Position numbers and translations under genes: made by a program. A DNA stretch of 42,700 nt, from IMG/VR virus record IMGVR_UViG_3300042191_000151, positions 1 to 42,700 of that record. One strand, 5' to 3'. This stretch comes from a virus (lineage: Duplodnaviria > Caudoviricetes). Shown here one piece after another: positions 8,204 through 17,300 of this stretch. The notes below the pieces were generated by a model. That model ran no database searches. It was not told the DNA's origin and was given only the letters and a program-made list of their open reading frames with translations. The stretch's first letter is position 1. Each line of letters starts with the position of its first letter.

Positions 8204-9418
8204 TCAGGCCGTCCGCTTCCACATGTAGACCACGATGAATGGCTGCAAGTTGTTGTGAGCGCCGCCACCGCCCGTGGAACCCGTGTCGACGCTCGTCGTG
8301 GCGGGCGTCCCGCTCATCGAGGTATCGACGGTGAATCCCGTCGAGCCGCCCGTCGCGGTCGGTAGCCGGGTCTGATTGTGGACGTGGGCCGGCATCTCGG
8401 ATGAGGCCAGCGTGTGGGTCTTCGCGCCGCCCGTCTCTTCGACCGTGTCGAACTCGGCCTGGCCGGCGTCGATACCAACCATCACGCGACCGGCGCCGAA
8501 GGCCACCCACGTACCGTGCGCCAGCAAGGTCCCCGGATTTGTGGCCAGCGTCGAAACGTAGAGTGCCCCGACCGGATAGAGCAGGTCCACGATCTGGTCG
8601 CCGGTCAGGCCGCCGCCCCCGCCGGCGTGCGAATGCAGGGCCGTCTCCCCGGCGTCCGTCAGGTCGGTCCAGTTGGCGTCGGCCTCGCGCACGTAGCCCG
8701 TGTGCGGATCGGCGGCTGCGACGTGAGCGGCGGCTGCCGCCGCGGCCGTGGCCTCGGCTGCAGCCTGCGTAGCGGCATGCGTCGTGCCCGAGTGGGCAGC
8801 GTCGACCGTCGGTGACCCCCACGTCCCGCCGAGTTCGCCGCCGGGCACGGCGCCCGCGACGATCTCGCCAGACAATCCGGCGTGCGCCGTACCGACCAGA
8901 TAGTCGGCGTCGGCCGGCGCGCCTCCGCCACCGTGGGCATGATCGCCGGGCGCCGCCTGGGCCGTGCCCGCGCCCAGCGTCCGGAGCGAACCCGTCGCGG
9001 CCGCCGCGTCGACCGCCAGCGCATCACCACCACCGGGCTGGTGCGCGGCGGCGTGAAGTTGGGCGTGATGCTGATCCGCATCGACCCCGGTGAGGCCCGT
9101 ATGGTTATGACCGTGGCCGGTGTCTGCATAGGCAGCGTCGCCTTCAGCCGCGGTCAGATAGCCAGGATGCGGATCCCCGGCGGCGGCATGAACATCGAGC
9201 TCGGCCTGGGTAGCGAGACCGAGCGAATCGTGGGTCGCCAGATCGGGATGCGCACCACTCGCCGCGGCGAGTGGTGCGCGGTCGATGCGGACCGACGGAC
9301 CGTCTGCGTTGACCCGGAAGAGCTCGAGCCCTCGATCGTTGGTGATGATGAAGGCGCCATGCTCCGGTAGGCGTAACTCCTCGACGGTGTCGGTGATGGT
9401 CCGACTGAGGCCGGCCAC
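8204..9418 (-). CDS. Fibre-like protein with His-rich repeats and a baseplate gp10/tail-collar-like C-terminal domain
   Basis: H..A.DPH.GY repeats; C-terminal YPVGALYVST..NPGTLL..GTW..GRVMVG..GGAKTHTL..EMPAH..HNNLQPFIVVYMWKRTA. Confidence 0.75.
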   Translation of the reverse strand: MAGLSRTITDTVEELRLPEHGAFIITNDRGLELFRVNADGPSVRIDRAPLAAASGAHPDLATHDSLGLATQAELDVHAAAGDPHPGYLTAAEGDAAYADTGHGHNHTGLTGVDADQHHAQLHAAAHQPGGGDALAVDAAAATGSLRTLGAGTAQAAPGDHAHGGGGAPADADYLVGTAHAGLSGEIVAGAVPGGELGGTWGSPTVDAAHSGTTHAATQAAAEATAAAAAAAHVAAADPHTGYVREADANWTDLTDAGETALHSHAGGGGGLTGDQIVDLLYPVGALYVSTLATNPGTLLAHGTWVAFGAGRVMVGIDAGQAEFDTVEETGGAKTHTLASSEMPAHVHNQTRLPTATGGSTGFTVDTSMSGTPATTSVDTGSTGGGGAHNNLQPFIVVYMWKRTA

Positions 9419-9423
9419 CTCCG

Positions 9424-10512
9424 TCAGCCGACCCTGGCCCGGCGCCGCGTCGCGATCGCTCGCTCGAGGGCGATCTCGTCGAGGTCCTCGGAGGCGTGGA
9501 CCGCGAGGGTCTCGTCGCTGGCTGCGGCGAGATCCATGCCGTCCTCGAGGGCCTCGCCGGCGACGAGGCGGCCCTCGATGCGGTAGAGGCCCGGGCTCAC
9601 GAGCTCGGCTCCGAGCCGCTCGGCGATCGCCTGCGCGCCGCTGGCGCGCAGCTTGACCTTGCCCGCGGCCAGGCGGGCGATCGTCCCGTCGAACGTGTCG
9701 ACCCGGTCGACCAGGCCGGCGGCCTTCGCCCGGACAGCGGTCATGCCGCCGCCGCCGCCGTAATCACTCTTCACCGTGGCGACCGACACGCCGCGGTTGC
9801 TCGCGACCCTGCTGTGGAAGGCAGCCGTGTAGTCGTCGACCGCCTGCTGGAGCTCGTCGCGGGCCGGCTCGGTGAGCGGCTCGTACTCATTCACGAGCAT
9901 CTTGCCCTTGGGGTTCCGGATGATCGTGGTCGTCGCGCCGGCCATCTCGTCCATCTTGCTGAACTCGGTGTGGATCATCGCCGTCCCGATCCAGCCGACC
10001 ATCGAGGACGGGCTCGCAACGATCTCGTCGACGCCGCTGACCACGTAGTACGCGGCGCTCGCGATGCCGTAGTCGGCGATCGCAACGAGCGGCTTGGTCC
10101 CGCGCGCGTCGCGGATTTCCGCCGCGAGCTCGTCGATGCCGTCGGCCGAGCCACCCGGTGAATCGACGTCGAACAGGATCGAGCCGACGCTCTCGTCACC
10201 CATGGCCGATCGGAACGCGCCCCGGATCTGCTCGACCGTCGTGCCGCCGGACATCTCGGTCATCAGCGACGCGCGCGGCGCGATGAGCCCGTACATCGGG
10301 ATCACCGCGATCGCGCCGCTGCGCTGGGCGCCGCTGCGTGGTCCATTGCGCGCCGCGGCGACCTCGAGGCGCTCGGCGATCTCGACGGGCGCCAGCCGCT
10401 CGCCATGCATGTGCAGCTCGACAATCGCGCCGATCTGGCGAAGAACGTCCTCGCGGATGAACCACGGCCGGTTGAAGACCGCCGCGGCCACGTGGTTGAG
10501 CTTCGTGTTCAT
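9424..10512 (-). CDS. Prohead protease, S49 (SppA/ClpP-like) peptidase
   Basis: IAVIPMYG, DVDSPGGS, ASAAYY and GLVDRV motifs; follows the portal gene. Confidence 0.9.
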   Translation of the reverse strand: MNTKLNHVAAAVFNRPWFIREDVLRQIGAIVELHMHGERLAPVEIAERLEVAAARNGPRSGAQRSGAIAVIPMYGLIAPRASLMTEMSGGTTVEQIRGAFRSAMGDESVGSILFDVDSPGGSADGIDELAAEIRDARGTKPLVAIADYGIASAAYYVVSGVDEIVASPSSMVGWIGTAMIHTEFSKMDEMAGATTTIIRNPKGKMLVNEYEPLTEPARDELQQAVDDYTAAFHSRVASNRGVSVATVKSDYGGGGGMTAVRAKAAGLVDRVDTFDGTIARLAAGKVKLRASGAQAIAERLGAELVSPGLYRIEGRLVAGEALEDGMDLAAASDETLAVHASEDLDEIALERAIATRRRARVG

Positions 10513-12032
10513 GCGGCGGCCTCCTGGAGATCCATGGCGAGGTTGGTCAGGGTTTCGGCGCCGTCGACGAGCCACTCGGCCATGGCCGTCGGTCCGCCGG
10601 CGAGGATCGCCTCGCGGTGGTCACGGGCATAGGCGAGGGCTTCGTGCTCGCCGACGTGGAGCTGGCGGGCGACCTGGTCCGCGTGCTCGGCGTAGAACTC
10701 CTGGAGCGCCGCCGGCAGGCCGCCCGGATCCGTCCGCTCGAGGAGCTTCTCGACGCCGCTCATCTCGCGCCGCACGAGGCGGGAGGACGCGCTGGCGGCG
10801 AGGAGCTTCGCCCGGCCGTTCGCGACCGCACGCGCCTGCGATGCGCCGCCTCCGGGCCCGCCGACCGGGCCCTGGTTGAGTGGCTGGCGGAGATCGCCGG
10901 CGGCGCCGCCCATGGGGTTCAGGTTCTCCTTCTTGCGGACCTCGTCAGGCGCCATCCAGCCCGTGTTGACCGCGCTGGCGTAGCCCTCGCTCCGGGCCTT
11001 GAAGTCGCCCCGCATTAGGCCGTCGAGGTTGTGCTCGGCGAAGATCCCGCGGAGGCGGTCGCGGACGATGATGAGGTCGCGCCGGATCACGAGCTCCCAG
11101 CGTCGCCCCCAGCCGAGCAGGCTGTCGGTCACGTAGTCGATGCTCTGTCGCTCGATGTTGTTGTTGGTCGATCGCTCGAGCTCGAAGAGCTTGTGCGGCG
11201 GGATCCGGATCCCCTGGCAGAACTGGATCGTGCTGAAGCGCCGGCTGTCGAGGGCCTCGGCGTCGGCGTTCGTCATGCCGACGTCCTTCCAGGTCATGCC
11301 GTCCTCGAGCAGCAGCGGCCGGCCCGAGCGATCGCCGCCGGATGCGTACTCGTTGAGGCCGCGCCGGAAGTTGCGCCGCTCGGTGTCGCTCCAGCCCTTG
11401 TCGCGCATGACGACGCCGCCGGGCTTGGCGCCGCGGGCGAACAGGTTGGCCGCGTGGCGCTCCTGCGCCTGGGCGAGCCCGATCGTGTCGCGGAGCACGT
11501 CGATCAAGCTCTTGCCGAGGCGGCCACGAAGGACCACGACCTGGTCGGGCAGCAGCGGGCGCTCCGTGAAGTTCTTGCGCGGATCGCGGTACATGTAGCG
11601 GCGTCGGCCGCCCGCGACCTGCTCCTCGCGGACGAGATCGGGGTGGAGCGGGTAGTACTCGTCGTCGACCAGGGGCCGTCCGGCGGTCCGGATCTCCGCG
11701 ATCGCGCGGCCGCGGAGCATCGCGAACGCGGTCATCATCTCGCGGAACTCGAGCGAGGTCTGGTACTCGCTCGGCTCCTTGTCGAGCTTCTCGTACAGGT
11801 AGTGCTCGGGTGCCTCGCGATGGCCCTTGTCCTCGCCGAGGTCCTCGTAGATCTTGAGCGGGACCTTGGCGATGTCCTCGGACACGTAGGCGACGCCGGC
11901 GTAGAAGGCCGGGATCGTGAGTGCGGTGTCCATGGTCACCTGCACGCCGGCGCGCGACATCGCGCCGCTGCCCTCGTACCAGCGGTCGTCCCACGCCGGG
12001 GCGGCGGCCAGGGGCCGCGCCAGGATGCCCAT
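10509..12032 (-). CDS. Portal protein, HK97 family
   Basis: SEDIAKVPL, FARGAKPGGV, LLLEDGMTWK, NNIERQSIDY, GWMAPDEVRKKENL; ATG at 12032. Confidence 0.93.
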   Translation of the reverse strand: MGILARPLAAAPAWDDRWYEGSGAMSRAGVQVTMDTALTIPAFYAGVAYVSEDIAKVPLKIYEDLGEDKGHREAPEHYLYEKLDKEPSEYQTSLEFREMMTAFAMLRGRAIAEIRTAGRPLVDDEYYPLHPDLVREEQVAGGRRRYMYRDPRKNFTERPLLPDQVVVLRGRLGKSLIDVLRDTIGLAQAQERHAANLFARGAKPGGVVMRDKGWSDTERRNFRRGLNEYASGGDRSGRPLLLEDGMTWKDVGMTNADAEALDSRRFSTIQFCQGIRIPPHKLFELERSTNNNIERQSIDYVTDSLLGWGRRWELVIRRDLIIVRDRLRGIFAEHNLDGLMRGDFKARSEGYASAVNTGWMAPDEVRKKENLNPMGGAAGDLRQPLNQGPVGGPGGGASQARAVANGRAKLLAASASSRLVRREMSGVEKLLERTDPGGLPAALQEFYAEHADQVARQLHVGEHEALAYARDHREAILAGGPTAMAEWLVDGAETLTNLAMDLQEAAA

Positions 12033-12277
12033 CAGCGGCCCCTCCGGAGGTTGAAGCCGAGGCCGATCGCGACGTACAGCGTGCCGGGCACGAGCAGCGC
12101 CAGGGCGGGCACGCCGGCCACGAGGAAACCGCCGGCGAGCAGGGCCATCCCGACGAGGACCGCAGCCTCCTCGCCGGATTCGGGCACGACCATCAGCTCG
12201 ATCCAGCCGACGCCGGTCGCGGCCGCGTCGCGGATCCGCTCGAGCGCGGCTGCGGGCAGCGCGAGCAAGCGTTTCAT
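12032..12277 (-). CDS. Small membrane protein between terL and portal
   Basis: Two hydrophobic helices; overlaps both neighbours. Confidence 0.65.
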   Translation of the reverse strand: MKRLLALPAAALERIRDAAATGVGWIELMVVPESGEEAAVLVGMALLAGGFLVAGVPALALLVPGTLYVAIGLGFNLRRGR

Positions 12278-14097
12278 GCCGGCACCAGGTCGTCAACGTC
12301 GACGTCGGCCTCGTCGAGGTCGGCCGATCCTTCGAGCTCGTCGACGAAGGGACCATGCAGGTCGGGGTCGCTCGGGTCGAGCTCCGCCTCGTCGAGGTCG
12401 GGGTCCTCGCCGGTGAGCGAGTGGTACGTCGCGTACGCCGAGATCTCGAGTTCGCGGTTCAGCGCGCCGGCGGCGATCGCGTCCGTGCGCGCCTCCCAGG
12501 AGAGGACCGCGGCCGGGACCGAGTCGATCTTGGCGGGCGAGCCGTCACGGTCCTTCGTGACGACCCAGAGCTCGTGGCGCTCGTCGTCGAGCAGCCCTGT
12601 CGGCGAGCGGTAGGCGTTGCCGACGTGCTCGCTGAAGAGCTTGCAGTGGACGTCGGACGTCGCACAGTGCGTCATCGAGCTCGAGGTCTGAGCCTCGTGC
12701 CAGGCCCGGATCGCATAGGCCATCGGCTTGGGCCGGTTCGTCCACCACTCGAGGACGACCTCCTTGCCCCAGCGGCCCGCCCAGGCGGCGACCGTCTCGT
12801 CCCAATACGGCGGGTCCGCGTACACCCGCCAGACGTCGAGGTGCTCCATCGCGGCCTTGAGCGTCGCCGTGACGGCGGCCGCGGGGATCTCGTGACCCGC
12901 GTAGTCCTCGGGCTTCCAGATCCCGAGCGGCCACTGGTACCCGGTCTCGACCACCGTGGCGATCATCGAGGCGTGGTCCCACCGCTTGGAGCCGTCGTAG
13001 CCGATGGTGCACAGCGTTCCGCGAGGAACGACGTACGGGATCTCGACGGCGCGCTTGGTCCAGATCTCGACGTCGAACGCCTGGCCGTGCCCTGTCTCGC
13101 GCCCGTTGCCGAAGAAGCGGCTGGCCTGCGCCGCGTCATGCTCGACCATCGCCGCGGCCTCGGCCTCGATCGACTCGATCTCCACGTGGCCGCCGTTCTC
13201 GCGCAGTGTGTCGGCGGGATACACGATCCGGAAGATCTTGCGGCGGTCGACCTTGTTGCCGAACGACAGGTTCTTCGGTGGCCAGGTCACCTGGACGTAG
13301 ACGTCGTCGACCTTCTTCTTCTCGACGAGCTCGTACTCGCGCTGGGCGACCGAGTGCTCGGCCGGATCCCATGCGTTCGATTCGAGCGACGCCCGGGCGC
13401 CCATGCCGGCGAGGTTGCGGTGCAGCGTGTCGGCGACGTCGGACAGGCCGTTGCGCTTCGTGTACAGCCCGACCTCGGTCTCGACGACGAAGGTCGCGCG
13501 GCCGCCGAGCCGGCTCTTCCAGTTCGACGTCACCGGCTCGACCAGGCCGTCGCCCGGAAGGCGGATCAGCTCCTCGCCGGTCTTCGGCATGAGGAAGCGG
13601 AGTGGGCCCTTCTCGATCATCGGCCGGAGGGCCTTGTAGATGTTGCCGGTCTGATCCTCGCTCACGCCGACGAGCCAGATGTACGGGCTCGGGCGGAGCA
13701 TGCCCATCGGCTCGTCGGGCTCGTACGGGTATTCCCAGCCGCAGCCGCAGCCGTGGTCGATGCAGGCGTAGCCGTCGTCGGCGCCGGCCCAGCCGGCGAA
13801 CAGCGACGGCCCGACCCCCTCGAGGCAGACGTGCGCCGCCGATCGCGGCGACTTGCCCGTCTTCTGCGGTGCGACCTCCATGCCGCGTCGATACCGGAAG
13901 GCGGCGGCGAGGACGGGATTCGATGGCTCGTACGCGATGTCGCCCTTGACCGTGTAGAACGCGGTGAAGTAGGTGAGCTGGCCCCGGTACAGCCGGAACG
14001 GCTCGCCCTGGCGGAAGCCGTCGGGGATGACGCAGTGGGCCTCGACCCACGCGGGCGCCACCGTCATGATCGCATCGGGCCGCGGCTCAGACGGCAT
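12274..14097 (-). CDS. terL: Terminase large subunit
   Basis: Walker A-like APQKTGKS; RNase H-like GYDGS..D, ADPPYW and KIDS; position before the portal gene. Confidence 0.9.
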   Translation of the reverse strand: MPSEPRPDAIMTVAPAWVEAHCVIPDGFRQGEPFRLYRGQLTYFTAFYTVKGDIAYEPSNPVLAAAFRYRRGMEVAPQKTGKSPRSAAHVCLEGVGPSLFAGWAGADDGYACIDHGCGCGWEYPYEPDEPMGMLRPSPYIWLVGVSEDQTGNIYKALRPMIEKGPLRFLMPKTGEELIRLPGDGLVEPVTSNWKSRLGGRATFVVETEVGLYTKRNGLSDVADTLHRNLAGMGARASLESNAWDPAEHSVAQREYELVEKKKVDDVYVQVTWPPKNLSFGNKVDRRKIFRIVYPADTLRENGGHVEIESIEAEAAAMVEHDAAQASRFFGNGRETGHGQAFDVEIWTKRAVEIPYVVPRGTLCTIGYDGSKRWDHASMIATVVETGYQWPLGIWKPEDYAGHEIPAAAVTATLKAAMEHLDVWRVYADPPYWDETVAAWAGRWGKEVVLEWWTNRPKPMAYAIRAWHEAQTSSSMTHCATSDVHCKLFSEHVGNAYRSPTGLLDDERHELWVVTKDRDGSPAKIDSVPAAVLSWEARTDAIAAGALNRELEISAYATYHSLTGEDPDLDEAELDPSDPDLHGPFVDELEGSADLDEADVDVDDLVPA

Positions 14098-14554
14098 CGG
14101 CCGCCCTCAGTCGCTCGCGAACGTCGGAGATCCGGATCGGGCGCTCGACGTCTGCATCAGGGGGTGTCTCGGCCTCGGGCTGGCCAGCATCGATGATCCA
14201 GTGGTTCCGGGCGAGCCCGGGCTGGGAGAGGCCGAGGTACTCCTGCTGGCGGAGGATCAGGGTCCGCTGGCCGGCGGTCGCCTTCGACTTCTCGGCCGCG
14301 ACGAGCGAGCGGATGTAGAGGGCGACCTCGAGCTCCTGGCCGTTCGCCTCCCACATGATCGCCTGGGGCCGCGTCCACTCCTGGGCCCACAGCGCGAGTT
14401 CTCGCTTCGTCGGCCGGTTCAGCGGGAACGCCGGCGGGTCGCCCTTCCGGCCCGACGCCGGCAGGCGGATCCAGTCCGCGCCGGCGCGGCCGTTCCGGAT
14501 CGACAACCGGTCGGGCGGAGGTCCAGACCGAGCGCGTGCGCCGCCGCTGCTCAT
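14087..14554 (-). CDS. terS: Terminase small subunit
   Basis: MSSGGARARSGPPPD..W..LPASGR..LW...WTRPQAIMWE..LGLSQPGLARNHW, the actinophage-type TerS pattern. Confidence 0.8.
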   Translation of the reverse strand: MSSGGARARSGPPPDRLSIRNGRAGADWIRLPASGRKGDPPAFPLNRPTKRELALWAQEWTRPQAIMWEANGQELEVALYIRSLVAAEKSKATAGQRTLILRQQEYLGLSQPGLARNHWIIDAGQPEAETPPDADVERPIRISDVRERLRAADAV

Positions 14555-14871
14555 CGCCCAGCCCTCGCCAGCGCCGCGCCCTGGGCGCGCTGGCAGTGGA
14601 GGCAGGCCGGGCGACGGCGGCTCGTCCAGTCGCCGGGCACGCTGTAGTCGGAGCTCGTGGCCACGACGGTGCAGCCGGGCAGCCGGAGCTCGCACGTCCG
14701 ACCTTCCGCGCGGAACGATCGGACCGCCTGGTCGTGGTCGCGCCCGTGGCCCCGCGCCTGGCGTCGGACGCCGCGGTGGTTCCGCGAGGAACGAGGCGAG
14801 CACTTCCGGCAGTACCCGCGCTCGACGAGCTCGGGGCAGCCGGACGTGGCGCACGTCGTCATGACCGTCAC
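14551..14871 (-). CDS. Packaging-associated HNH-like protein with a degenerate active site
   Basis: C..GC..L..GYC, RGHG, CELRLPGC and ACLHC match terminase-linked HNH proteins, but DH, N and H are missing. Confidence 0.65.
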   Translation of the reverse strand: MTVMTTCATSGCPELVERGYCRKCSPRSSRNHRGVRRQARGHGRDHDQAVRSFRAEGRTCELRLPGCTVVATSSDYSVPGDWTSRRRPACLHCQRAQGAALARAGR

Positions 14872-15119
14872 CGGTGCGGCACCAGAAGGCGGCTGCGGGG
14901 CTGCGCGTTGTGGATCTGGTCCCGCACCTGGAGCACGGCGCCGATGAGCCCGAGCGCCTCGAGGTCGGTCAGATCCTCGGGCACGGCGAGCAGCGCCGGT
15001 CGGCCGCCGGGCAGCGTCAGCTGGACCTGGCGCATCCTGACGGTTACCTCCGTCGGTCCAGTCTGGGCAGCAGCGATCGCGCGATCGAGCGGATCCGGGA
15101 CGGCGCGGAGGCCGGCCAT
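14868..15119 (-). CDS. Hypothetical protein
   Basis: Coupled ORF. Confidence 0.6.
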   Translation of the reverse strand: MAGLRAVPDPLDRAIAAAQTGPTEVTVRMRQVQLTLPGGRPALLAVPEDLTDLEALGLIGAVLQVRDQIHNAQPRSRLLVPHR

Positions 15120-15121
15120 GG

Positions 15122-15253
15122 CTAGGTCAGCGTCGGGTAGAGGAGCCCGATGCAGACGAGCACAACCGCCCAGCCCAGGAGCGACCGGCCGCGCGCCTGG
15201 AACTCCTCGATCAGCGCGAGGACGAGCGCGGCGATGAACAGTGCGAGCGGCAT
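15122..15253 (-). CDS. Small 2-TM membrane protein, 43 aa (lysis region; not in the ORF track)
   Basis: MPLALFIAALVLALIEEFQARGRSLLGWAVVLVCIGLLYPTLT fills the gap. Confidence 0.6.
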   Translation of the reverse strand: MPLALFIAALVLALIEEFQARGRSLLGWAVVLVCIGLLYPTLT

Positions 15254-15257
15254 CGCG

Positions 15258-15578
15258 TCAGCCCTCGCCGTCGGTCGGCAGGGGCGTCACGGGCTCGGGT
15301 GCGACGGAGGACACGGACACGGGCTCCGGTGGCGTCACCACGCCGGTCGTGTTGGGCGTGCCGGCTGGCTGCTGGATCTTGAACGTGTCGCCGGCCTGCA
15401 TGGTGGGCGGCTGGTTGGCGATCAGCAGGATCGCGGCGCCGAGGACGCCGGACCACGCACCGGCGAGCGTGCCGACAATCGCGGCGTCGAAGCCAAGCGA
15501 GATGAGCGTGACAGCGACGGCGCCGGAAATGGCCGTCGTCAGGCCGAGCCAGAGGTTGGTGGGGCGTCCTGCGATCAT
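15258..15578 (-). CDS. Putative holin
   Basis: Two TM helices; immediately after the endolysin; GAGGAGG RBS. Confidence 0.7.
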   Translation of the reverse strand: MIAGRPTNLWLGLTTAISGAVAVTLISLGFDAAIVGTLAGAWSGVLGAAILLIANQPPTMQAGDTFKIQQPAGTPNTTGVVTPPEPVSVSSVAPEPVTPLPTDGEG

Positions 15579-15590
15579 TCGTCGTCCTCC

Positions 15591-16511
15591 TCAGTCGTCG
15601 GCGATGTCGACCGCACCTGCGGCGACCTTGCCCTTGATGGCGGCGATCCGCGCGTTCAGCGGATCGGTCGCGGCCTTGACGGCGGCGGTGCAATCGGCCG
15701 CCACGGCCGTCACGGACACGACGTTTACCTTGTGGACGTACTCCCAGCCCGCGCTCCAGCGACAGAGCCACTGGTCGGAGCCCGACGCAACGTCGCCCGT
15801 GACCCAGCCGGTGACCTTCCACTCTTCGGCCGTGCCCTGCGGGATCTGGCGGATGAGCTTGCCGCCGAGCGTCGGGGTGGCGCGGACGTTCACATTGCCC
15901 GCGCCGTTGGAGATCCGGGCGACGTGGCCGGGGATGTACGTCGCGATCGCGGGCATGTCGCTCTCCTGGTCCGGGTCGGTGGTGGTGTTCTGCGCGAGGC
16001 GGCGCCACGGGTCGATGGGCTTGCCGTCTTTCGTCGCGGCCCAGTGCAGGTGGCAGCCCGTCGAGACGCCGGTGTCGCCGGTCTTGGCAATGAGCTGGCT
16101 CGCCGTGACGATGGCGCCGGGCAGGACAAGGCGCCTCGACATGTGGACGTAGCGGGTGGCGAAGCCCTGCCCGTGGTCGATGACGATGACCTCGGCGCCC
16201 GAGGCGTTCCTCGAGGAGGTCGTCACCTTGCCCGCTCCGGCCGCCAGCACGTCGTAGCCGCAACCCGCGTTGCCGATGTCGATGCCGACGTGGAAGTTGC
16301 CGTAGGTGCCCGCCGGGATGGGCTTGCCGAAGATGTCCGCCTCGCCGCCCGGCCAGACGACCGTCGGCTCCACGGTCAGCCCGGATGGTCCGAAATCGTG
16401 GGTGACGGCAGGCTCGTGGTTGCCTGCCGGACGCTTCCACGCCAGCGGGTGCGTCGGGTAGTTCTCCGCGTTGACGCGGATGATGCCCCGGACGGGTGAC
16501 TGAAGGATCAT
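15591..16511 (-). CDS. Endolysin, M23 peptidase plus SH3b-like domain
   Basis: HVGIDIG (HxxxD), YVHM and STGCHLHW (HxH); VNVRATPTL SH3b-like segment. Confidence 0.9.
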   Translation of the reverse strand: MILQSPVRGIIRVNAENYPTHPLAWKRPAGNHEPAVTHDFGPSGLTVEPTVVWPGGEADIFGKPIPAGTYGNFHVGIDIGNAGCGYDVLAAGAGKVTTSSRNASGAEVIVIDHGQGFATRYVHMSRRLVLPGAIVTASQLIAKTGDTGVSTGCHLHWAATKDGKPIDPWRRLAQNTTTDPDQESDMPAIATYIPGHVARISNGAGNVNVRATPTLGGKLIRQIPQGTAEEWKVTGWVTGDVASGSDQWLCRWSAGWEYVHKVNVVSVTAVAADCTAAVKAATDPLNARIAAIKGKVAAGAVDIADD

Positions 16512-16534
16512 GCGTCGGTCCTATACTTCCCGGC

Positions 16535-16732
16535 GTGGACGCTCAGGTCTGGCTCTACTGTCGGACATGCGGTGAGGCCCGCGACGCGGACGCGGATGGC
16601 CCGACCGATTGCGCGTGCGACCGGACGCGCGCACTCCAGCGGTGGCTCGAACTGAGTCCAGCGGAACGTCGATGGCTCGGCCTCGACCCGGCCCACCGCC
16701 AGCGCGCGACGAAGGTCCTGCCGCTTCCGTAG
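16535..16732 (+). CDS. Small Cys-containing protein, opposite strand, probably leaderless
   Basis: TATACT at 16522-16527 lies 7 nt before GTG; CRTC...CAC; fills the gap between minus-strand genes. Confidence 0.5.
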   Translation: MDAQVWLYCRTCGEARDADADGPTDCACDRTRALQRWLELSPAERRWLGLDPAHRQRATKVLPLP

Positions 16733-16752
16733 GCTCATGCGAAGGGTGGGGC

Positions 16753-17064
16753 TCACGGCTTCATCCGGTCCCAGAAGGCGTCCAGGACCTCGCCCTCGCC
16801 AAGCTGTTCGTGGCGCATCTCGGCGGCTGACACGCCGTAGGGCAGCGGGTGGAGCCAGCCCTTCGCCCGGTACGCGCCGGTCACGTCTTCCACGCCGAGC
16901 TTGGCGAAGATCGAGGCCATGAGGTGATGGACGGTGTGAATGTCCATGCCCATCGCCACGGCTGCGGCCTTGCGCGAGCCCTGCATCGCCCGCTCGTACA
17001 GGAAGTCGTGTTCCTGCTCGGAGAGCGGCTGGCCGAGGACCTCGCGCCGTAGTCGTGGCGGCAT
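16753..17064 (-). CDS. LuxR-type C-terminal HTH protein
   Basis: LSEQE...KAAAVAMGMDIHTVHHLMASIFAKLGVED...GWL. Confidence 0.7.
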   Translation of the reverse strand: MPPRLRREVLGQPLSEQEHDFLYERAMQGSRKAAAVAMGMDIHTVHHLMASIFAKLGVEDVTGAYRAKGWLHPLPYGVSAAEMRHEQLGEGEVLDAFWDRMKP

Positions 17065-17066
17065 GG

Positions 17067-17300
17067 CTACCGTCCATCGGGGCTCATGGGGGCGGTGCCC
17101 TCCTGGTAGTCGATCTCGGCGCGCGCCGCCTTCGCGGCGATGTCCGCCGCGGCGTCGAGCTGGTCCGCGATCGCGGTGAAGCGGCGGCCGCGGAGCTCGG
17201 TCGCGAGCGATCGGTACGATCGAGCGGCGCCCTCGTACTGCAGGTGTGCCGAAAGCGCCGCGATCTGGTCGCGCCGGCGGACCTCGAGCGAGCTGGTCAC
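17067..17300 (-). CDS. Hypothetical protein
   Basis: GTGA overlap with the upstream gene; helical sequence. Confidence 0.5.
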   Translation of the reverse strand: MTSSLEVRRRDQIAALSAHLQYEGAARSYRSLATELRGRRFTAIADQLDAAADIAAKAARAEIDYQEGTAPMSPDGR

